A stretch of DNA of 64,000 nt from Pseudomonadales bacterium (GTDB taxonomy: Bacteria; Pseudomonadota; Gammaproteobacteria; Pseudomonadales; UBA7239), in assembly GCA_041395785.1 (NCBI GenBank), contig JAWKZZ010000005.1:263653-327652 (forward strand), read 5' to 3'. The translations under genes and the position numbers were made by a program. The notes beneath the pieces were generated by a model, which made no database searches, had not been told where the DNA came from, and was given only the letters and a program-made list of their open reading frames with translations. This document shows, one piece after another, positions 52,485 through 59,969 of the stretch; positions within the stretch are counted from its first letter, which is position 1; the number at the start of each line of letters is the position of its first letter.

Positions 52485-52521
52485 TTATGCGGGCTTTTTT
52501 TTGGGCTGGAGTGCTTCGACT

Positions 52522-53748
52522 TCACGCGGGTTGTTTTTCCAGCTCTTGGCGCGGACCGAAGAACTCGAAATGCACTTGCGAGGCGGGAATACCCCACTGC
52601 ATCAAGCCGTGATACAGCGCGACCATGAACGGCTGTGGGCCGCAGAAGAAATAATCGGCATCGCGCCCAGAGAGCAGTGATTCCAAATATTCCGCAGTGA
52701 CAAAACCGTTGCTGGCATTGGCGGCACTGACGGGTGCTGCATCGCTGTAGCGGTAATACACTTTCAAGTTTTTGTGTTGTTGTGCCAGCGCATCGAAAGA
52801 AGCGCGGAACGCTTGCACTTCTGGATTTAATACCGCGTGCACCAACACAATTTTGCGCTCAGGGAATGCATCTAACGCAGCTAGCAGAATGCTGTTGATT
52901 GGCGTAATGCCGACACCAGCTGCCAGTAGCACGAGAGGGCGCGCATGTTTTTCGCTGACATCAAGGAAAAACTCGCCGCATGGTGGTGCGATTTCGAGCG
53001 TGCTGCCGACATCAATATTGTCGTGCAGTTGGTTGGAAACAAAACCAGCCGGTGTATTGGCGGCTGGTGGTACTTCGCGTTTTACGCTGATGCGGAAATA
53101 GTCCTGACCGGGTTTGTCGGAGAGGCTGTAATTGCGCATGGTGGTGGAGCCATTCGGTGTCGCCATGCGTACGGTGATGTACTGTCCCGGCTTGAAGGCA
53201 GGCAGCGGCGCACCATCGGTGTTTGCTAAATAGAAAGAGGTGATATTGCTGCTTTCTTTTTCTTTGCGAATGACGCGCAGCGATTTGAAGCCTTCCCATC
53301 CACCTGTTTTTTGCGCATTTTCTGCATAAATTTGTTTTTCACGGCCGATCAAAATATCAGCCAAAAAGCCGTAGGCTTCAGCCCAAGCGTTGATGATGTC
53401 GTCGGTGGCGCCTGCACCCAACACTTCGCGAATCGAAGCCAGCAGGTTTTCGCCGACAATTGGGTATTGCTCAGCTTTAATCATAAGAGATGCGTGTTTC
53501 TGTGCGATCAGTTCCACTGCGCCGCCCAGCACTTCCAAGTTATCAATATTCGCTGCATAAGCGGCAATGGCGCCAGCCAGTGCGCGCTGCTGATTGCCTG
53601 CGCCTTGGTGAGCTTGGTTGAAGAAAGGCGCCACTTCGGGGTTGTGGCTGAACATGCGTTTGTAAAAATGGCGGGTCAGTGTCTCGCCGTGTTCTTGCAG
53701 AATAGGGGCGGTCGATTTGACGATTTGGATGGTTTTTTCGCTGAGCAT
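52522..53748 (-). CDS. hmp: flavohaemoprotein (NO dioxygenase)
   Basis: N-terminal globin (MLSEKTIQIVKSTAPILQEHGETLTRHFYKRMFSHNPE...) plus an FAD/NAD reductase module (RNYSLS, GVGITP). Confidence 0.9.
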   Translation of the reverse strand: MLSEKTIQIVKSTAPILQEHGETLTRHFYKRMFSHNPEVAPFFNQAHQGAGNQQRALAGAIAAYAANIDNLEVLGGAVELIAQKHASLMIKAEQYPIVGENLLASIREVLGAGATDDIINAWAEAYGFLADILIGREKQIYAENAQKTGGWEGFKSLRVIRKEKESSNITSFYLANTDGAPLPAFKPGQYITVRMATPNGSTTMRNYSLSDKPGQDYFRISVKREVPPAANTPAGFVSNQLHDNIDVGSTLEIAPPCGEFFLDVSEKHARPLVLLAAGVGITPINSILLAALDAFPERKIVLVHAVLNPEVQAFRASFDALAQQHKNLKVYYRYSDAAPVSAANASNGFVTAEYLESLLSGRDADYFFCGPQPFMVALYHGLMQWGIPASQVHFEFFGPRQELEKQPA

Positions 53749-53761
53749 TTGGCAGGTCTCC

Positions 53762-53809
53762 ATAACATGTATGCAATTTACATGTTATGGATTGCACGGG
53801 AATAGTCAA
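53762..53809 (-). promoter_or_regulatory. candidate hmp promoter (TTGACT-16-TAACAT) overlapped by a 10-7-10 perfect palindrome (NsrR-like operator)
   Basis: The minus strand reads TTGACT(53809..53804)-16 nt-TAACAT(53787..53782). The palindrome is ATAACATGTA-tgcaatt-TACATGTTAT at 53762..53788. GGAG lies 9 nt before ATG 53748. Confidence 0.5.
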
Positions 53810-53818
53810 GCCGTTGGA

Positions 53819-54172
53819 TTACATATTTATCGCCACGCGATCGTTGTGGATAGCCGCCGGCCACACGCGCACTTGCAGGTCTGCCTCTAAACAGCGCCCT
53901 GTGGTGAGCGAAAAATGCTCTTTGTAGAGTGGAGAGGCGACCACCAGCTCGCCATTGATGTCGCCGACGATACCGCGCGCCAGCACATTGGCGCCGGCAG
54001 CAGGGCACCAATTGTCGAGCGCATAGACCTTGGGTTCTGCATCGGGCACATAGAACAGCGCGATTTGTACGCCGTTTACGCGGGCGCTGATGCCGGAATA
54101 AGCGACGAGGTCGTCGATGCTGCAGATATCCTGCCACTCGGCTTTGGGTTGCATGGCGATGACATTGCTCAT
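53819..54172 (-). CDS. nirD: nitrite reductase [NAD(P)H] small subunit
   Basis: 117-aa Rieske-fold-like small subunit. Its start overlaps the nirB stop. Confidence 0.85.
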   Translation of the reverse strand: MSNVIAMQPKAEWQDICSIDDLVAYSGISARVNGVQIALFYVPDAEPKVYALDNWCPAAGANVLARGIVGDINGELVVASPLYKEHFSLTTGRCLEADLQVRVWPAAIHNDRVAINM

Positions 54173-56706
54173 ACGGCTAGCTCCTCGGCGGCGATGCGGT
54201 TGGCGGATTTTTCAGCGGCAGTAGCGGGACGCGGTTGGCCGCGCTCGCTGACAAACACGATGTTCTCATCCGGCGTAGTGGGTTCGTTGACGAAAGAGCG
54301 GAAGCGCTTCAGTTTTTCCGGATCTTCGACGGTGGTTTTCCATTCGCACTGGTAAGTGGAGGCAATGTGCTCCATGCGCGCTTCCAGTTTGTTGGCGATG
54401 CCGAGAGAATCTTCAATGACGACGGCTTGCAGGTACTCAAGTCCACCTTCCAGATTTTCGCGCCACACCGATGTGCGTTGCAGGCGGTCGGCAGTTTCGA
54501 CATAAAACATCAACAAGCGGTCGATGTATCGAACCAGTGTTTCATCGTCGAGATCGGTGGCAAATAATTCGGCATGGCGCGGGCGCATGCCGCCGTTGCC
54601 ACACACATACAAGTTCCAACCTTTTTCAGTCGCGATCACACCGATGTCTTTGCTCTGTGCTTCGGCGCATTCGCGCGTGCAACCGGAAACGGCAAATTTT
54701 AATTTGTGCGGTGAGCGCAAACCTTTGTAGCGATTTTCTAATTGGATGGCCATGCCGACAGAATCTTGCACGCCGTAACGACACCAGGTGGAGCCGACAC
54801 AAGATTTCACGGTGCGTACCGATTTGCCATAGGCGTGACCGGTTTCAAAACCTGCATCAATTAATTCTTTCCAAATCAACGGCAGTTCGTGCACGCGCGC
54901 GCCGAACAAATCCACGCGCTGACCACCGGTGATTTTGGTGTAGAGATTGTATTTTTTGGCTACTTGTCCAACGGCGATTAAACCGTCTGGCGTGACTTCA
55001 CCGCCCGCCATGCGCGGCACTACAGAAAAAGTGCCGTCTTTTTGCATGTTGGCGAGAAAAGTGTCGTTGGTGTCTTGCAGCGGCACTAATGTGTTCGACA
55101 ACACATATTCATTGTTGAGCGAAGCGAGTATGGAGCCGATGGTGGGTTTGCAAATATCGCAGCCGTGACCTTTGCCGTGGAAACGCACCACTTCTTCGAA
55201 AGTGGTATAGCTGTTTACTTTGACGATATGAAATAACTCTTGGCGCGTGTGTGCAAAGTGTTCACAAATGGATTTGTTGACTTCCACGCCGCGTGCAGCG
55301 AGTTCGCTTTCCACCACATTTTTTAGCAGTGCAGCACAGCCGCCACAGCCTGAGCTGGCTTTGGTTTCGGCTTTGACATCGGCCAGTGAGCAGCAGCCAG
55401 CGGCGATACTGTCGCAGATATTTTGTTTGCTGACATTGAGGCAAGAGCAAATCGTCGCCGTCATTGGTAGAGCCGATGCGCCGAGTGTCGGTTTGTTTTC
55501 GCCGGCGGGTGCAATCAATGCCAGTGGGCTGCCGGGAATCGCAATCTCATTCAGCATGTATTGCAATAGCGTGTCGTAATCGCTGTTGTCGCCGATCAAT
55601 ACACCGCCCAACACTTTAGTGGCGTCTTCATTGACAACCACTTTTTTGTAGATGCCTTGGTGTTCATCGACAATGCGATAGCTTTTGCTACCCGGCGTGC
55701 GCGCGTGTGCATCGCCGATAGAGCCGACATCCACGCCGAGCAGTTTTAATTTGGTGCTCATATCTGCGCCGTTAAAACACAACTCGCCGCCTTGCAGTGC
55801 ATCGGCAGCTACTTTGGCCATTTGATAACCGGGCGCAACCAAACCGAATAGTTTTCCACCCCACAGTGCGCATTCGCCGATGGCAAAAATATTGGAGTCG
55901 CTGGTTTTGCAGTGGTAATCAATGACGATGCCGCCGCGCTCGCCAATTTTTAAGTCGGCCGCTTTAGCGAGTGCATCATCGGGACGCACGCCGGCAGAAA
56001 ACACAATGAGGTCGGTGTCGAGTGTGTCGCCGTCGGCAAACTGCATTTGCAACACGCCGGTTTTTTTCTGCTCGACAATTTTTACTGTGTTTTTGCTGAC
56101 ATGCGCATGAATGCCAAGTTCTTCAATTTTGTTGCGCAAAATAGCGCCGCCATCGGCATCGACTTGTGCGTCCATCAGTTGCGCAGAAAATTGCACCACA
56201 TGCGTATCCAAGCCGAGATTGCGCAGCGCATTGGCCGCTTCTAAACCCAACAAGCCACCGCCGACAACCACGCCGGTTTTTGCATTTTTTGCGGCTGCGC
56301 GAATGTCACCGAGATCATCAATGGTGCGATACACAAAACAGTGTTTGTGATCGTGTCCCGGCACCGGCGGCACAAACGGGTAAGAGCCAGTGGCGAGGAT
56401 CAATTTGTCGTAGGGAAAGTGGCGACCCAGTGCAGTGGTGATGGTTTTGTTGTCGCGATCAATCGAAGTAACCGCTTCGCCAAAAATGGCTTGAATGCCT
56501 GCTGCTTCATACGCCTCGCGTGTTGCCAGTGCGAGATCGGTGGGGCCTTTGCCGGCAAACACTTCGGAGAGATGCACGCGGTCGTAAGCAGGGCGCGGTT
56601 CAGCACCGATGACGGTGATGGCATAACGCTCGTCATGCATGATTTGTTCGACAAAGTGATGACCCACCATGCCGTTGCCCACTACCACGATTTTTTGTTT
56701 CTGCAT
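54169..56706 (-). CDS. nirB: nitrite reductase [NAD(P)H] large subunit
   Basis: KIVVVGNGMVGHHF (FAD/NAD), a BFD-like 2Fe-2S region (CSCLNVS...SSGCGGCA), and sirohaem/4Fe-4S motifs (SCVGSTWCRYG, VSGCTRECAEA). Confidence 0.95.
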   Translation of the reverse strand: MQKQKIVVVGNGMVGHHFVEQIMHDERYAITVIGAEPRPAYDRVHLSEVFAGKGPTDLALATREAYEAAGIQAIFGEAVTSIDRDNKTITTALGRHFPYDKLILATGSYPFVPPVPGHDHKHCFVYRTIDDLGDIRAAAKNAKTGVVVGGGLLGLEAANALRNLGLDTHVVQFSAQLMDAQVDADGGAILRNKIEELGIHAHVSKNTVKIVEQKKTGVLQMQFADGDTLDTDLIVFSAGVRPDDALAKAADLKIGERGGIVIDYHCKTSDSNIFAIGECALWGGKLFGLVAPGYQMAKVAADALQGGELCFNGADMSTKLKLLGVDVGSIGDAHARTPGSKSYRIVDEHQGIYKKVVVNEDATKVLGGVLIGDNSDYDTLLQYMLNEIAIPGSPLALIAPAGENKPTLGASALPMTATICSCLNVSKQNICDSIAAGCCSLADVKAETKASSGCGGCAALLKNVVESELAARGVEVNKSICEHFAHTRQELFHIVKVNSYTTFEEVVRFHGKGHGCDICKPTIGSILASLNNEYVLSNTLVPLQDTNDTFLANMQKDGTFSVVPRMAGGEVTPDGLIAVGQVAKKYNLYTKITGGQRVDLFGARVHELPLIWKELIDAGFETGHAYGKSVRTVKSCVGSTWCRYGVQDSVGMAIQLENRYKGLRSPHKLKFAVSGCTRECAEAQSKDIGVIATEKGWNLYVCGNGGMRPRHAELFATDLDDETLVRYIDRLLMFYVETADRLQRTSVWRENLEGGLEYLQAVVIEDSLGIANKLEARMEHIASTYQCEWKTTVEDPEKLKRFRSFVNEPTTPDENIVFVSERGQPRPATAAEKSANRIAAEELAV

Positions 56707-56745
56707 GGCCTACACCTCGCGCCAGATTCATTACGCGATATGCAT

Positions 56746-56761
56746 ATCAAGAACTGTGCCA
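56746..56761 (-). promoter_or_regulatory. candidate sigma-54 promoter for nirBD-hmp
   Basis: The minus strand reads TGGCAC-agttc-TTGAT. The -24 element is perfect and the -12 element deviates (GA instead of GC). It lies about 40 nt upstream of the nirB ATG. Confidence 0.45.
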
Positions 56762-56997
56762 GCGATGTTGTTAAGACGAGAAACCCTAATTTTTGGCGTC
56801 AATTAGCGAGTTTTGCGTTATGGCGGTGCGAGTTTTTTCTTTCTGCTGCAAAAGTGTGCAAAAAAAATAGTTTGAAGAAATTTCTGTGCTGCATATGTGG
56901 CGCGTTGTGGTGCGTGAGCTGTGTGTGTTGACTTTTTATGGTGCATAGCGCGGTTTTTGCGTGGAAATCGGCAATCTATTTAGCGTTTTGTGGCGCA

Positions 56998-57013
56998 TGG
57001 CACGGCGCTTGCT
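56998..57013 (+). promoter_or_regulatory. sigma-54 promoter for the transporter-kinase-molybdoenzyme operon
   Basis: TGGCAC-ggcgc-TTGCT matches the TGGCAC-N5-TTGCW consensus. It lies about 40 nt upstream of ATG 57052. Confidence 0.65.
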
Positions 57014-57051
57014 CTGTCACTGCTGTCATTGCTTATTGATGGAGTTGTGCC

Positions 57052-58257
57052 ATGCAGAAATCGTTCTGGCAGTCGGGCCATACGCCGACTTTGTTGTCAG
57101 CCTTTCTCTATTTCGATCTCAGTTTTATGGTTTGGTATGTGTTGGGGCCGCTCTCGGTGCAGATCGCGGCAGACCTATCACTGACGGCTTCACAGCGCGG
57201 CATGTTAGTTGCCACGCCGATTCTTTCCGGTGCGCTGCTGCGCATGGTGTTCGGTGTGTTGGTGGATCACCTAAAGCCGCGCATGGCGGGCATTATTGCC
57301 CAGCTCATTATGTTGGCAGCGCTCACGGTGGCGTGGCTGGCTGGTATCCATAGCTATACGCAGGCGCTGACACTCGGTTTATTCCTCGGTGTGGCCGGTG
57401 CAGCTTTTGCAGTGGCGCTGCCGCTGGCTTCGCGCTGGTATCCCCCTGAGCACCAAGGCAAAGCTTTGGGCATCGCCGGTGCGGGCAACTCAGGCACGGT
57501 ATTCGCTGCGCTATTTGCGCCGGCATTGGCAGCAGCTTTCGGTTGGACCAATGTGCTCGGCTGGGCGCTGTTGCCGCTATCGGTTGCCTTCATCGTGTAT
57601 CTGCTGTGCGCGAAAGACGCGCCGGAATGCCCGCCGCAGAAAAAATTTGAGGAATACCTAAAAGTACTGCAAGACAAAGACTCTTGGCTGTTCATGGGTT
57701 TTTACTGCGTGAGTTTTGGCGGTTTTGTCGGTTTGGCCGGCGCACTGCCCGGCTACTTCTATGACCAGTACGGTCTCTCGCCGATGATGGCGGGTTACTT
57801 CACTGCGGCCTGCGTGTTTGGCGGCAGCCTGATGCGCCCCATTGGCGGCTTGCTCGCTGATCGCTTTGGCGGTATTCGCGCGCTGACGCTGGTGTACACG
57901 CTGGTTGGCATTTTGATCATTTTGGTGGGCACAACACCGTCGCAGGCCTATGTCGCACTGGCGCTATTTGTACTGGCGATGTTGGTGTTGGGCGCGGGCA
58001 ATGGCTCGGTGTTTCAGTTGGTGCCGCAGCGTTTCAATAAAGAAATCGGCGTGATGACGGGTTTGATCGGCATGGCTGGCGGTATCGGTGGTTTCTTGCT
58101 GGCGGCTGGCCTCGGCTACAGCAAGTCGCTGACGGGTTCATATCAGTGGGGCCTGTGGCTGTACGCGGTGTTGGCGCTGAGCTCTTGGGCGGGCTTGTTG
58201 TCGGTGAAAACACGCTGGCGTACCACTTGGGGTGCGTTATCAGCGGCTCGGATTTGA
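57052..58257 (+). CDS. nitrate/nitrite transporter (MFS, NNP family; NarK/NasA type)
   Basis: The 401-aa product has 12 TM helices and Gly-rich NNP motifs (GIAGAGNSGTVFA, GMAGGIGGF). Confidence 0.85.
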   Translation: MQKSFWQSGHTPTLLSAFLYFDLSFMVWYVLGPLSVQIAADLSLTASQRGMLVATPILSGALLRMVFGVLVDHLKPRMAGIIAQLIMLAALTVAWLAGIHSYTQALTLGLFLGVAGAAFAVALPLASRWYPPEHQGKALGIAGAGNSGTVFAALFAPALAAAFGWTNVLGWALLPLSVAFIVYLLCAKDAPECPPQKKFEEYLKVLQDKDSWLFMGFYCVSFGGFVGLAGALPGYFYDQYGLSPMMAGYFTAACVFGGSLMRPIGGLLADRFGGIRALTLVYTLVGILIILVGTTPSQAYVALALFVLAMLVLGAGNGSVFQLVPQRFNKEIGVMTGLIGMAGGIGGFLLAAGLGYSKSLTGSYQWGLWLYAVLALSSWAGLLSVKTRWRTTWGALSAARI

Positions 58258-59948
58258 TGATGGATCGGTATCTGCGCGCAGGCGCTGATTCCTACGCCGG
58301 ACAAAAACCGCGCAACGAAGATGCGGTGGGCATTGCTACACCCTCTGCAGAGAGCTTTGCCGCGCGCGGGGCGGTGTTTGCGATAGCCGATGGCATCAGC
58401 GCTTGCGACCACGGCGATCGCGCCGCGCAGTACGCCGTGCGCGGCGTGTTGAATGACTACTACGCCACACCGGACACTTGGGCGCCGCCGATTGCCTTGG
58501 ATCGTGTGATCACCGCACAAAACCGCTGGCTGCGTTCACAGCGCAGCAATGGCAGTGACGCATCGCTGGCCACTACGCTGTCGCTGTTGGTGTTGATCGG
58601 TTCGCGTTATTGCATTGCACATGTGGGTGACACGCGTGTGTATCGCATGCGCGACAACAGCCTTGAATTGCTGACGACGGATCATGTTTGGAATCACCCG
58701 CAGATGTCGCATGTGCTGACGCGCGCACTGGGCCTCGATCAATCCGTGGCCGTGGATTACATCGAAGGCGATTGGCAGGCGGGCGACAGTTTTCTGCTGC
58801 TGTGCGACGGTGTGTGGGCCAGCGTGCCCGAGGCGGACATCTTAAAAACACTACACCTGTATGACGAGCCGAAAGCCTGTGCCTTGAAGTTGTGTGAACA
58901 GGCCTTGGACGCCGGCAGCCAAGACAATGTGTCGGCCTTGGTTGTGCGCTGCTTGGAAACGCCGCCCGATACCGTGCAGCAGCGTGTGGCGGCAGGGCGC
59001 ATGTTGTCGCCGCCGGCGAAGTTGAAATCGGGCAATGTGCTGGATGGGTTTGTTATCGAAGAACTGCTGCACGAATCGCGCGAAACGCTGGTGTATCGCG
59101 TGCGCCACCCGCAACACGATGGCGACTGGGTGTTAAAAACGCTGGCGCCGGCGGTGGCCGATGATGAATTGCGGCGCTTGGCGCTAGTCAGCGAAGAGTG
59201 GTTGATGGCGCGCATGCCGTCCAAACATTTCGTCGATGTATTGGTGTTGCCACAGGAGCAGCGCAGCGCGTTGTACTTGGTGCAACGCTTTCACACTGGC
59301 GCAACCTTGGCGCGGCGCTTGGCGAGCGGGCAACGATTTTCTGTCAACGAAGCCGCACAGCTCGCGCAGCAGTTATTGCGTGCGTTAGGCGCATTGCACC
59401 GCTTGCATGTGGTGCATCGCGATATCAAACCGGAAAACTTACATCTCGGTGCCGATGGCGTGCTGCGCATTCTCGATTTTGGTGTGGCATTACACGCCAA
59501 CAGCACTGAGCGCCAACTGACTACTGCGGGTACGCCTTCGTACATGGCGCCGGAGTTATTGCGCGGGGAAGATGCAACCACCACGACCGATATTTATGCG
59601 GCTGGCGTGACTTTGTATCGATTGTTGTCGCAGCAGTATCCCTACGGCGAGATTGAACCTTTTCAAAAGCCTGTGTTTGGCGACCCAACGCCTGTAACGC
59701 GCCATCGCCACGATGTGCCGCTGTGGTTGGACGATATCTTGTTGAAAGCCTGCGCGCGCGATGCGAAAGAGCGTTTTGAAACAGCGGAAGAAATGTTGCT
59801 GGCTTTGGAGCGCGGGGAAACGCACGGCTTGGTTGTGCGCCGTCAAAGTCCACTGCTGGAACGCAATCCTCTCGGTGTATGGCGCACGGTAGCGTTGTTA
59901 TCGCTGCTGGCGAATTTTTTTCTGCTGTACCTGTTGTTGGTGCAATAA
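58257..59948 (+). CDS. bifunctional PP2C-type phosphatase / Ser-Thr protein kinase with C-terminal TM helix
   Basis: PP2C motifs (NEDAVG, FAIADGIS, LLLCDGVW, GSQDNVSALVV). Kinase motifs (HRDIKPENL, ILDFGVA, SYMAPE). Hydrophobic tail WRTVALLSLLANFFLLYLLLV. The ATG overlaps the transporter stop (TGATG). Confidence 0.85.
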   Translation: MMDRYLRAGADSYAGQKPRNEDAVGIATPSAESFAARGAVFAIADGISACDHGDRAAQYAVRGVLNDYYATPDTWAPPIALDRVITAQNRWLRSQRSNGSDASLATTLSLLVLIGSRYCIAHVGDTRVYRMRDNSLELLTTDHVWNHPQMSHVLTRALGLDQSVAVDYIEGDWQAGDSFLLLCDGVWASVPEADILKTLHLYDEPKACALKLCEQALDAGSQDNVSALVVRCLETPPDTVQQRVAAGRMLSPPAKLKSGNVLDGFVIEELLHESRETLVYRVRHPQHDGDWVLKTLAPAVADDELRRLALVSEEWLMARMPSKHFVDVLVLPQEQRSALYLVQRFHTGATLARRLASGQRFSVNEAAQLAQQLLRALGALHRLHVVHRDIKPENLHLGADGVLRILDFGVALHANSTERQLTTAGTPSYMAPELLRGEDATTTTDIYAAGVTLYRLLSQQYPYGEIEPFQKPVFGDPTPVTRHRHDVPLWLDDILLKACARDAKERFETAEEMLLALERGETHGLVVRRQSPLLERNPLGVWRTVALLSLLANFFLLYLLLVQ

Positions 59949-59969
59949 TTTTTACTGGGGAGTAAGACC

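Noticed and set aside
50845-53763. Possible genomic island integrated at tRNA-Lys.
   Set aside because: No integrase gene was found. I saw no direct repeat of the tRNA 3' end downstream. The only mobile DNA is the 1.6-kb IS, and the following hmp/nir/nas genes are ordinary chromosomal metabolism.
56707-57051. NasT/ANTAR-type antitermination leader hairpins for the nas/nir operons.
   Set aside because: The predicted sigma-54 promoters leave leaders of only ~30 nt, and no tandem hairpins with ANTAR loop motifs are visible.
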